From Takakia lepidozioides (Eukaryota > Plantae > Bryophyta), in contig CM060734.1 of NCBI GenBank assembly GCA_030704615.1, positions 38,316,001 through 38,380,000 on the forward strand: a stretch of DNA of 64,000 bases, given 5' to 3'. The position numbers were made by a program, and so were the translations under genes. Below are positions 26,315 through 38,084 of this stretch, one piece after another. Below the pieces are notes generated by a model. That model worked only from the letters and a program-made list of their open reading frames with translations. It made no database searches and was not told the origin of the DNA. Every line of letters begins with the position of its first letter. The first letter of the stretch is position 1.

Positions 26315-29300
26315 AGTCTGACTCAGAGTCACTACAATGTATCCCCGCGTCCTCTGCATCCAAGTCCAAGAATTTAGAACTCCGGATCTACGATGGCTAC
26401 ACCTGCGGTCGGGCAACAGTCTCGCCACAAATGGGGGTCTCTCCTGAAGATCCATCGTTGCCTTTCCTGCAAGTCACAGTAAGAAAAAAGTTATTACTGC
26501 AAATTTGATGTCTGCGATTGAACGTGGCACCCAAAGTGGCATGACAATTCCATGGCAGACTTACTTACATGAACAGTCGTTGTCGATCTGCTTATCCTTG
26601 GGATCCTCATCATTTCGGATTTGAATCATTTTAGTCTGTGTGCCTGATGTAGAGCCAGACAAAAGGGGGAGGAACACAGTCTGGTATAGGTTAGAGTCAC
26701 CCTCCATGCCAAAAAGGGTTCTTCCGCCTGCCTTCACGCATGGTAAGTTGCTCCTGCACCAGACAGGAGGACATGAATAGCTTGGAGGGGGGGATTTACG
26801 AAGATGAAACCGGTGAAAGAAAACCAAATCTGAAGGGAGAAAACGAACCTGTGGATACTGAGAGGTCGACCACCCGTGCATTATGGTGGCTGCATGACTC
26901 CAGCAGTGTCTGCATGAACGCTGGGGTTTTCTCCTTTGCACCTCTCCAGGGAGTGCCATCTGGTCTTTTGAGAGTCTGATTGGGCTGCATGAAGTTGTAC
27001 AAAATATCATCGACATGCGGCTCATACGGGGGATTGATGAAACACCCCTGGTCAGAAATCTCGAAGCTGCGGATGGAGGATGGTGTCTTTGAGGTGCAAA
27101 TCCTCCGCAGGCAGATCACCTCGAATATCCTCGTCTGCCAAAAACTGAAGGTTAGGGTGCCAAACACAAACAAAAGTGGAAGTTTGTAGATTGGCACTTC
27201 AAAACATAGGCATGCAACAAACTGATCTGTCACGTATTTGTGATGATCGGTGCCGATCATCACAGATTCTTCTAGAGTTACATGCAGAAAACACTGAAAC
27301 GCAGCATTAAAGCACAACCAGGAGGGAGGCGTCATACCAGCTGACCAGGACAACCCCTTTCACAAGGTAGAGGATGTTCACACACTTCCATGTGCGCAGA
27401 ACTTCAAACCCAGAGGACTTCCGGTATGATGCCAATGCCCAACGACTATCCTTGTCACATGACTGAAAGAGCAGAAGTGTCCCTGCATTTGAAAGGAAAT
27501 TATTGCAGAACCTAAACACCCAACTCCAATAGTTGTCATCGAATTTGTTCCAGCTTGGTGTCTTGCCTTTCGGAAGAACTTCTGGCACAGCGGGTATACC
27601 TTCCGACGGTGAAGTGTTTTTCACTCTCATTCTCCTTCTCCTTCGACTTGTCTTTGTCCTTTGTCTTTGCTGGTGACTTGGCTATGCCATCAGGAGCCTT
27701 GTCTTTGGGTTTGCGCCCCCCCCTTCTCGCCCTTTTGGGTTGTTTCCTGCGCATCAGGCTCCTTGGCAGCCAATGCTGCTATGTTTCTTTGGTACTCCTC
27801 GTCGTTTAGAGATGCCATTGGCAATATTGATCTTTGTTTCTTTGCAAACATTCTTCTCTTCGTTCTCAAATTGAACATGTATGTCGCAGGTGAGCACTGG
27901 TCCCTCCTTTGTGTGCAGCGTGCAGAAAATGTTTGCTGCTGACATGGTCATTCTTGACATCTGCTTGTCTTTGTCTTTTGAATGATATTTCTGAATGTAT
28001 CCCATCCATGCCAGCAAACGGTGGTTGCCGTCCTAGACATAGAACATGTGGTTGCAGAATTGCTGGGTGTTATTTCCCATCATGAGGCCCAGCTCGAACT
28101 CCTCATTAACATCTTTCCAGCACTCATCCCAGGTATAGGTGATCTCAGGAGACACTAATGTGCTTTTTCCATTTGTATCCGTCAGTGACACATAAAAAAC
28201 TTGTGCACCAAGTCTGTATCCATGCACGAAATCAATTTCCAATTTTGTAATGTCATGGGAAAGTGGAGGACGCACAACAGGCATAGATATCATCCGGCAT
28301 AGAGGGATGTCAAGACGTCCTCCAGAGACGAGCATATCCCTAATAACCTCCTGGGAGTTTACCTTCTGGAATGACATGAGTTCTTTCACCTTGTCAAGGT
28401 AGTGCACTTCAGGTTCATCTGTTTCATCGCTATTCTCCGAACTCTTCGCAGAGTCGTCCCCATCTCCAGAACCTTTTGCCTCTGTTCCTGTCAGCTTGGT
28501 CTTCACAGTTTTCTGCACGATGCCATGCCAATCAGACACTCAAATATGTGCAAATAGTGATGGTCGACACCGACAATCACAGTACACAGGCAAAAACAAT
28601 GACATCACAATGACTTCAAAGTGATTAAAAATGTTCAATGCAACTTCTTTACAACTGAAAGTGCTCCAAGTTCTCAAGGAACAGCAATTGGCGGTACCAA
28701 CAATCACAAACTGTATTTGTAGCAAACAATAACAGAATATGGCAAACCAAATCACTATGTCTGCATATTGTTAGTCGGTACCGACCATCAGTTTGTCTTG
28801 TCTCAAATCACAGTGATTGGCGGTATCGACAATCACAACCATCTACACTAGCAAAGCTGATACAGGCAAATGCAAACCAAAACACTATGACTGCATAGTG
28901 ATGGTCGGTACCGACCGTCACTCTCTTTCTACGCACGCAGGTACAGGAAGGTCTCATGGAGTAGCGAATGGCATTAACAACAATCAAAAAACACTACACT
29001 AGAAAGACTGACAAGATGGGTTTGGTGCAAAATCAGTATTTCTCATACTGATTGGCGCCACCGACACTCACTTTAGTTTGTATCAGAAAGTGAGTGGAAT
29101 GCAGATTGTCTGAAATGCAAGAAATCTAAGTTTTGAAAGGAAAGCGATTGGCGTTACCGACAATCACTTATATCTGCTGTAGAAAACAAGAAACAGAGTG
29201 CTGGAAAGAAAATCAGTATGACTCTATGGTGATGGTCGTTACAAACAATCACTATTTATTGTCTCTTCGGAATGTACATTGCAACTGTTTTTAGACATGA

Positions 29301-30244
29301 AGCTACAGTATGGTCTCAAGAAAAGTGATTGGCGGTACTGCCATTCCTCTTCCCTAGTCTGGAAAACCTGAAATAGAAAAAATGCAAAGCAAACGAATAT
29401 GATTGAACATTGATGATCGGTACCAACCATCACTCTCTTTCTACTCATGCAGGTACAGGAAGGTCTGAAGGAGCAGCAAATGGCGTTAACGACAATCACA
29501 ATACACTACACTACAAAAACTGATAAGGTTGGGTTTTGTGCAAATCAATACTGGATCATAGTGATTGTCGGCACCGACACTCACTTTCTTTTGTATCAGA
29601 AAATGAGTGGAATGCAGATTGTCTGAAATGCAAGAAATCTAAGTTTTGAAAGAAAAGCGATTGGCGTTACCGACAATCACTTCTACCTGCTGCAGAAAAC
29701 AAGAAACAGAGTGTTGGAAAGGAAATCAGTATGACTCTATGGTCTCAAGAACAGTGATTGGCGGTACCGCCATTCACAAACAACTAGTATGGAAAACCTG
29801 AAATAGAGGAATGTGAAGCAAATCAATATGACTTCATAGTGATGGTTGGTACTGACCATCACTTTCTAGGAGATTTCATTCACCTTCTTCGTATATTTGT
29901 AAACAGGAAAAAGAAGGGTGGAGAAAACTTACTGTCGTCTTCTTCAATTTTGAGTTTGGATCCCCTTCAGCAGCTTTCCTCTTCCCTTTCAAGTCTGTGG
30001 GCATTCATGTCTGGTCTAGGGTTTGTAGAGCGTCTCCCGGTTCTGCGTTCCCAGGACTTCCACCTCCTTCAGTTTCCTTGCAAATCATCTCTGCTTCCAC
30101 AGTCTGGTTTCCAACGCTCACTGTTTCCTCTGGTTGTATGACAACTGCAACCTCACAAACATTCTCAGTCTGCTCTTGTGTTGCAGTCTCCGCGTTCACC
30201 TGCTGTCGTGGCCCTATATTCTCCATCAAACGACGCCTCGTCAT
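26315..30244 (-). pseudogene. Intron-containing gene: ParB/Sulfiredoxin-like domain plus C-terminal beta-class N6A/N4C DNA methyltransferase-like domain; pseudogenised, probably transposon-borne
   Basis: Exon 1 30244-29933 (stop at 30005). ParB-like region 28330-27970: LDIPLCRMISMPVVRP..FYV*DGNHRLLAW (likely TGG>TAG). MTase-like region 27610-26670: SWNKFDDNYWSWVFRFCNNFLSNAGTLLLF..WRGAKEKTPAFMQTLLESCSHHNARVVDLSVSTG | GRTLFGMEGD, matching the beta-class K-P..L...S....V.D.F.G.G..GR..G.E.D pattern. Confidence 0.72.
28557..29862. repeat. Array of 16 copies of a 24-bp palindrome (consensus GTGATGGTCGGTACCGACCATCAC) in intron 1 of the ParB/MTase gene
   Basis: Copies start at 28557, 28684, 28768, 28813, 28898, 28964, 29048, 29144, 29229, 29325, 29410, 29476, 29561, 29657, 29754, 29839; periods mostly 84-97 bp; ~512-bp higher-order duplication. 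Confidence 0.92.
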
Positions 30245-30635
30245 TTGTTCTCTTGCTCTAAGTCTCTCTCTGAGGGAAGTAAAATAAAGTGACTTCCTTC
30301 TCTTTCGTATCGTAGAAGGAACCCTCTCCAGCTTGACTACCTCTCTCCCTCTAAGTGCGGAAACAAGAAAAACAAAGTGACTCTCGATTTCTTGCGGAGT
30401 TGCGTGCGTTAGGGATTGTCTCTGGAAGCATCGGATTCCCTCTCGCGGGACCGTTATGCAAATGTCATTCCCTCGTTAGTGCACCTGCCAGCCATTACTG
30501 GACAGCGGGGAATGCTAGAGTGTGAGCCTAGCCACGCGAGCCCAGGAGTCTGTGAGCCCAAGAGCTGACGTGAGCCCAGTCCACGTGGCATGAGAATGAG
30601 GGAAGATGCAGGGTGTATTTTCGCGGATGAGCACC

Positions 30636-30860
30636 CATTACCGCGGAAACACGGCAAACACGGCAAACCCTAACCCTAACCCTTAGCGAACTGCCATGTT
30701 TGTGAAGGAAAACAGGTTGGGAATTAAGCTGACGTCATTACCGCGGAAACACGGCAAATACGACAAACCGGGGAAACACTGCAAATCGTAACCCCAAACC
30801 CTAACCCTTAGCGAACTGCCATGTTCGTGGAGGGAAACAGGGCTAGGAATTAAGCGAGCG
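30636..30860. repeat. Duplicated ~100-125-bp unit with CCGCGGAAACACGGCAAA and (AACCCT)3 telomere-like/telo-box motifs
   Basis: CATTACCGCGGAAACACGGCAAA..ACCCTAACCCTTAGCGAACTGCCATGTT occurs twice; related motifs at 21420-21480 and 37540-37750. Confidence 0.8.
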
Positions 30861-30952
30861 TTAGGCACATGAGAATTAGAAAAATAATAATTATTTTATT
30901 TTTTATTTTATTTTTCACCCCTCCCCCGGGCATTTGGGTAGATGTCGTCGAC

Positions 30953-31174
30953 GATCATCATGAATTCATGATCATGAAGAAATTGAGTGCGTTGATGCAC
31001 TCAGTTATGCGTGGGGGGGGGGGGGGGGGAGAGGGGGGAAGGAAAAAAAAAAAAAAAAAAAAAAAAACACTTGTTTTTTTTTTTTGCGCCCCCCCCCCCC
31101 CCCCCTTCTCCCCTCCGTAGAACTGAGTGCGTCAACGCACTCAATTTCTTCATGATCATGATTTCAGGATGATC
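30953..31174. repeat. ~220-bp quasi-palindrome: 59-bp inverted arms around a G-run/A-run/T-run/C-run spacer
   Basis: GATCATCATGAATTCATGATCATGAAGAAATTGAGTGCGTTGATGCACTCAGTT at 30953 and its near reverse complement ending at 31174; third arm copy at 38809-38864. Confidence 0.9.
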
Positions 31175-33830
31175 AACCCAGGATCGGGCACTTCCGTCGT
31201 GCTGGAAACACGAGCTTGGAGCATTCTAGCGGACTCCACCTTGCCGAAGTGTTCTGCAGTTCGAGGGAAACGCCGAACAAGCTTTCCATTTCGTTTTGTT
31301 GGCCACAAATGAGCATCTAGCGGAGGGACCCTTGTACTCCCAGAACTGGAAGCAGATGCACGCACACGGGGTTGTCTTGCAAAGGAAAACCCTACCTCTT
31401 CCAGCATTGTAATCTCTTGATTTGTGAGATTTGTTCCCAACTTCACGGGCCAAACAGCTCGTGGACTTGGCTTCATCACCACGGAAGGTCGCACAGTTCC
31501 ATGCACACATCTCCCACAATCGTCCGCACAGAACCAGAACTTGTGGTTCTTGGCTTCTGGCTGCCTATACAGGCGCATCAAACTAGTGAAAGTTGGAGCT
31601 GGAGTGCGGGCACCACTCTGGATATGGAAGAAGTGCATTTCTCAGAAAAGATAGCACGGGCATTAGACATGTGTTCCAAGGGAACGCCTCTTGTGTCTAG
31701 AGTTCCACATCTGGAAGGGGATGCCTCATGTCCCTCTGCATGAGAGATATATCTCCGGACCATCCCTTCTTGAGGAACCACTGACAGGGCGACAAGCTCC
31801 AACATATAACAACCCCATTGCAATGGTGCAAAGAGATAAATTTGCTCCATAATATTATGGAGTCCATGTGCCCCGACCACATTTGGCACATAGAGCGCAC
31901 AACTGCAGGGTCTCGTGTCAAATGTACGTGGATCCCCTGATGTGCTTGCAGCACGCAAACATCAACTCTTGTTTGTTCGGACCTTTCCCACCTACGTCTC
32001 CTCTCAAGAAGTCACGATATCTGGTTTGTTGTTGGAGTGCACGTATGAGATCATCTGTTGTTGCCACATACAAATCCCGACCCCGTTTCTCGGACTGTTG
32101 CAACCATGCGTTGTGCACTGTCTCTGCCAAATTGCAAGATGGCATGTCTGCCATTTCCTCAATGGACATGTTCTGCAAAGTGGAAAACACACTTCATAAT
32201 ATCAAAGAGGTTACAACACCACCCAAGCAAATGCAAATCTGCACCACGGAACGATATGGAAAATGCATGCAATACTAGAGACGTACCGTTGTCATGGATG
32301 CTCCCCACTGTCTGTACCGGAAGTGCCAAAACGCCAACCAATCTTCCAACGCTCTCATACTCTCAAGTGATGTTGCTCCTGAAGAGAACCACCAGGCACG
32401 AATTGTCTGGAACAATGTATTCGCCTCCGCCATTGATTTCGCATCTTTATACTCTTTGCACAACTTACGATGCTATGTCTGCATCTCAGGTTTGATATCC
32501 ACTTTCGTATATTTCTCCAGAGATTGGGTCCAATGGAACAGACATGTATGCTCTCTTCTCTCCATTGGCACCTTTGGGTCCCCCGATCCGAAGATAATCC
32601 GCACAACATTGAAATTCGCCTGTGCACTATCTGCCATAAACCGGCAAAAATCGGAGAAGGGACGCCATGGCACCCCATAACACGAACTAGGGATTTCCAC
32701 ATTAGCTGCTAGGATTCCGAATCCTCCGATTACATGTCACAAACTGCAATTGTCATAACTCGCTGGTATACGGGATCGTACACATGACAAGCCATAGTCG
32801 TCCAATCTTTCACCCGTTTGACGTGATCAAACATAAGAAAACATTTCTCCAAGTCGCCACTCTTTTGCATCCGCCTGACGAGACTCACCCCGCTGCCCTC
32901 CCCAGTTGTGGACATTTTGAAAAGATATATTTTTGTCGCTCCTTGCCCTGGAAACACACTGTCATGTATGTAGTCGTACTTGCTCATTCCTTTCAATTCC
33001 AGAATGTTGTCAATGTAGCCTCTATTTCCAGAGCGCATTCTCAATGCATTCACCTGATTGCGAATGTTGGGTGAACTCAATGTGGAGAAATGATCCATGA
33101 CAATGTTCAATGCTGGTCCATCAAGTTTACTTCCCACAGAATCCACTGCACAAAAAATATGGCTGTCCAAGAAGCTCTTGTTTGCGGCAAGAGCAATTGC
33201 AGATGTGGTTGTGGATGGGTTGCTCTCGTACTCCTGTTAAATCAACCTCGACACTGTCTCAAGACTTTCCCTGTAATCTCCCTTTGAGACTGGATGGTTA
33301 TGAAAACCGAAATGCACACAAGCTCGAGTCATAGTTTTCAAACGGTAGTTGTACATTCTTGCACCACACACCGCCAGGCAGGATGGGACAAGCTTACAAA
33401 ATTTGCAAACGAAAGTGTCCGTCTATGAAGGAGCCGCCCCCGGCTTAAATGGATTTTCAGCGATACCCCCCACTCGTTCTGGATGTGAGCCCCCGATCGA
33501 AGAAAGCGCCTGCAATTGAAATTTTCGCACCTGAGGTGCCCATTGCAAACTGTTCTCTTGAAGATGAGTTTGTCGTGATTTTGAATGTTCGACGTTTTCG
33601 TCCTACACCATGGGTGTCCATCGTTCCTCTTGTCCATACCATGCATCAGGCTTGAAATACCTCCAATATGAGATGGAGGAGGGAGCTCGCACTAGAAGCA
33701 TTCGTGTCTTTTTCGAATCGACTGCATGTCCGCGACCACTCCGGGAACCACTTGGTAGTACCATACAGACCACCGGATATCCAAGCTATCAATTGAATTG
33801 TGTCTGCACCTGTGTTTACAAACATTGAGA
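31175..33830 (-). mobile_element. MULE-superfamily transposase pseudogene with N-terminal GCM/WRKY-like zinc-binding domain
   Basis: MDKRNDGHPWCRTKTSNI..CNGHLRCEN; CKFC..RACVHFGFHNHPV; YLFKMS..LMFDHVKRVKDWTTMACHVYD (D1); FMADSAQANF (D2); CLFHW (CxxH); CNLAETVHNAW (E); several frameshifts. Confidence 0.82.
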
Positions 33831-33859
33831 GTCTTTAGGCCTTTTGGGGCTCCGATGCT

Positions 33860-36800
33860 GGGCTCCGCCATACAGCCATTTGCTGATTGTGTGAATAGAT
33901 GTCCACTCCCTATGTGCAAAACCCAGATGAAAGAGCAAAACTGAAAGATAAATGGGCAAAGACTGGTGTGAGGCCAATGAACACTGAACCCGCCTATTGG
34001 GATAAGCTTGTTGCCTACTGGGAGTCCCCTCGTGGACTTGCAAAGGCTGAAGGGATGAAGCAAGCGTGTGCTTGTGTCACGAACCCCTCGCGTTGGGGCC
34101 GGGCAGGAGTTGCAGGCCAAGCAGCCCGTTTGGTAATCTCCTCACCCCCTTCTCATTGCTCCTACGTTGTGGCATGTTCTGATGGAAGAGACACCCACGA
34201 GTGGGTTTTATTGCTTGTGCAGAATTAGTTGTTATGTGATATGCAGGGCAGTGCTTTGTCCATATGCTCCTGGCATTTTGTACTGACAGTGTGTGGATGG
34301 GCAAATACAGAAAAGACGCAAAGCGCGGAGCTTGTCACTGTCCGAGCTCGGGGCGGAGCAAAAGAACTATGCGACTGGCACCCCATCAGAGTCTGTTTTG
34401 AGCCAGGTATGTTTTGAAGTCCGGTTTCCATTCATGAATCTGTTGTTGTACTAAGATTTGGTGGGTATGTGGGTCCCCACGCATGGTACACGAGGGGTGT
34501 TATGCCAAACCCAGCCATCTCCGAATGCCTGAAATCCTGCACATTCGGCCTCTTCTTCTGGTTTTTAATAGTACGGGTGGGTGTTTGTATGCGTAGGGAG
34601 CGGGGAACTCAATGGCAGCCCGCATCGGGGCCCTGGAGAGGCTTGCGGCTCTCTCTGCGGAGCGGGAGAGGGGAATGGAAGCACAACTGAAGAAGATAGT
34701 GGACCTCATGATGAGGCAAAAAGGGGGTGTGACGGGTGGCATTATGGAAGACCCCCCTGCTGCGACCATTGTACCTGAGAAGGAGGAAGTAATTCTAGTG
34801 GGTAGGGATGTGACAGAGGTCTAGCCTGTTGTTGATGATATTCACAGTGGGGGGCAGGGTCCACTCGTTGAAGATGGAGAGGTCCAGCGAGTTGGTGGGG
34901 ATGACATGGACGATGGGGGGGTCATTGCTCATTCTATCAAGGGAAAAGGGGAAGCTGTAGGGGGAGAGGGTGGTAGTTTGCCTGGTCCAGGCTGCAGGGG
35001 GACCGAAACTTTGCCCTCCGGGGTGACTGTTGTCTCCCAACCCACTGAGGTGAGACCCCGTGACACCCCTTCAAAAGCTCCTTTCATAGAAAAGTCGAAA
35101 CTAATTGTTCTAGACCTGAACGGGATCCTGTGCCACTCTATTCCTAACTTTCAGCCCAACCCGAGGCGTCATTGGCCATGGGTGTTGACCACCAACAAGT
35201 ATGTTTTCCCAAGGCCCCAAGTCTGCGAGTTTTTAAACCTTCTCTTCCGGTATTTCTACGTTGGGATATGGTCCTGTGCTTCCAAGGGGAATGTTGACAT
35301 CTTCAAAGTGGTGATGCAGGGGGTCAAGGGTTCTCCCCTCTTTGTGTGGTCACAAGAGGAGTGTGACCCCTTGACAGAGCCACACCCCACAAAAGGGCCT
35401 GCCGTACAGAACTTACAGAAGAGATTGTCGAGGGTGTGGTCGGAATTTTCTGGATTTAACGAATCCAACACCCTCCTAGTGGATGATTCACCACACAAGG
35501 GGAGGGGGAACTCCCCTTTGAACATGGTCCATCCATTGTCGTTTGATGTCACTAGCAATGTCAGTGAGGGGCCCGATTCAGAGTACCTTTTAGAAACAGT
35601 CTGGCCCTACTGCCAAGATTTGTTTTGCTCCAAGGATGTGCGTGTCTTCACAAGCACGCGGAAGCTGACCCCGACTGGCAGCTTGAATGTGGGAGAGGAT
35701 GGGGTCGTTGGGGGAAGTACTTCTACGCCCATGCAGGTGAAACTAACCTTACTGTTTGCAACATGACATCGAACCCAAAAGATATGTTTGTTTTGTCCCC
35801 CCCGGATGCCCTCTCACGCAAGGCTGGCACTATATGTTTTGCAGGGACCACATGTACAGGGAGTGGCAGTGGGGTCGTCTATGAAGAAGGTGGGTCCTGC
35901 GCCAAGGACCACAGTGCTACGGCGACAGCATTCCGGATTCCCCCCCCCCCGGCATGAGGAGGCAGGCTCCAAGGTATGGTTGTTCCCAGCCCCTCTCCGC
36001 AAACTTACTTGGTTGGTTTCCTTTATGGATACACTTCCTGAAGCGTTGCAATGTGTATTCATTGCAGGTGAGCAAGAGGAGTGGGCTGTCCCCGGCACCA
36101 TCATCGCAGCAGGACGTGGTTCCCCAGGCATGCATTCATGGCTCCTTGCTTTGCCTGGCTGGTTTTTAGTAGGGTTAATTTTGCCAGGAGGTTGTAGTGT
36201 GCACGGTCTGAGCAGGGTGTAAGTTAGCTTGCTCCATGGAGGTGTGTTTATACCATTGCAACCACCAGAGTTCATGTTATTCTTATCCGTCTGACTAAAC
36301 CTCTTTTTGCTGCTGCAGTTGAAGACACGTGGGCAGCTTTCCTCAGTTGCCACCCTCAGCGACGAGCTTCGCTTCAAGGTAGGTTGGTACACCATGAATT
36401 TGCTGCTGATTCAGTATTGTGGCAACCAAGATCGTTTCCATGCCCAGCTGCGCTTGACTTTCACCCTGTCATTGCTATGTTTGTTGCTGAGTGGACCCTG
36501 ATGTTGGTGTCTGCAGATATCAGATCCTGTGTTTCTCCTGAACCCCCATGACAAGCGGTCAAAGACAGCCGCCGCCAAGGCGGAAGTGGTGGGAATAGCC
36601 GGGGTTGACAAGTTCCACTGCAAGGACATTCCATCCGGGTGGTACAAGGTGAAAGTCCACGAGATCATGCTTCCAAGTGTTACACTGCCTTGCCCAAATG
36701 TGGACGATGCCCCCCCCAGACCACACTAGCGCACGTGAAAGGCACGGTGACTCTGTGGCCAGAGAAGAGTATGAGGAGGGGTGAAGGTATCAAGTGACAT

Positions 36801-37279
36801 TTCATGTTTGTAGTCCCCGTTGGGTGTGTAATGATACTCATAGAAGTGTGTATGATACTCACGTTACCAGTTTTGTACATTTGGGCCATGACAGTTTAAG
36901 TGATGTCCGGCAACCATGTATGTTGGCATTTAGTCTTGCTCATATGCAGGTGTGCCGTGACGGTCTCCAATTTGAATGCAATATTCCATTTCCTGACTTG
37001 TCGTCGTGTCCGTCCACCTTCTATGTGTATGTGTGATGGTCTTTGGTCTCCCTGTTGCCTCGTCTATTTGGTTCATTAGCGTGATGTTGTGCATGCATCG
37101 TGGTCTGTGTTCTGAGTGTCACCCAGTATCATTGCTTCTCAATTCCCCCTGCATATGGGTGAACCACTAAAACCAGTAGAATGCATCAGAACCATATTTT
37201 CAGCTTAGAATGCAAGTTAGTTGGACAACTCACACAAACCGCTACAAGTGCTCATTTGTAGTGCTTTCCTACTGTAGTG
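33860..37279 (+). mobile_element. Truncated CACTA (En/Spm) element: TnpA/ORF2-like exons and right terminus
   Basis: PAYWDKLVAYWESPRGLAKAEGMKQAC..PSRWGRAG (Ptta/En/Spm-like); AKAEVVGIAGVDKFHCKDIPSGWYKVKVHEI..LPCPN (Tnp1-like, 36517-36790); terminus ..CTACTGTAGTG at 37279 (reverse complement CACTACAG). Confidence 0.78.
35095..35660 (+). CDS. NIF/FCP1-like HAD phosphatase domain embedded in the CACTA ORF2 region
   Basis: KLIVLDLNGIL..FPRPQVCEFLNLLF..FYVGIWSCA..LFVWSQEEC..KRLSRVW..NTLLVDDSPHKG..NMVHP, in ORF 34906-35766. Confidence 0.85.
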
Positions 37280-38084
37280 CAACCAACTAGCATAGTGGCA
37301 GCGGAGTTGGCCAAAGCAGTCCCGAGATGGCACAAGCACTCTGCGTCTTTCCACTAGCAGTCGTACCCCTCACTGCCATTGTGTGGGGACGACGCCACGC
37401 GTCGACCCACACACTCTCCACGTGGTCCCCGTGGATTCGTCTGCTGGCAGTTGTGCAGTCGACTTCAACAACACGTGGTTCATTTTGGGCGACACACGTC
37501 AAGCTTCGAAAACTACATTGCAGACGAAGTAGCTACGGCGTGAGCCTAGCCGCGTGAGCCCAGGAGCTCGGCTCGTGCTTTGGCCTCTAAGCGTGAGCCC
37601 AGGGTTTAGAGGAGGGAGAAGCAAGTCCTATAACCGAGGACAGGGTTTAGAGGGGGTCTTATTACCGTGGAAGCGTATATTTTGGAAGAAGAGGTGAACA
37701 CGACAAAACTTCCAAACATGGCAAACACGGCAATATACGACAAACACGACATATTGAGTCCCATTTACAAGCACGACGATCGACCCAATTCCCCCAGCCC
37801 TACTTCGTCAACCCCAAGCACTCCCACCCCAAGCACTTCACGCAGCTAGTCCCACCTCCACCAGCCCCAAGCGCTCCACCTTGAATACAAGCCCCAAGCT
37901 ACGATCCCACCTGGCCCCACTCTCACCAAGCCCCAACCTTCTCTGGTCACTGTTTTTAAGTATACTCCTGCAACAGCCACACCCACTAGTGAGTTGCTTT
38001 TCAACCCACCAACAATAGTAGAACTCTCTAGAAAGTCAACTAGTGAACTAGGAAAGATGGCTATACCAACTCTGGCCGCGCGAG

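Noticed and set aside
27020-27040. NPPY as the catalytic motif IV of the methyltransferase
   Set aside because: It lies in the variable region shortly before motifs X and I, not where beta-class motif IV is expected; may be coincidental.
28557-29862. CRISPR array
   Set aside because: Eukaryotic intron, no cas genes, degenerate repeats, and spacers related to each other by a ~512-bp duplication rather than unique.
30666-30808. True or interstitial telomere
   Set aside because: Only three hexamer units per site, within a duplicated TE-associated unit.
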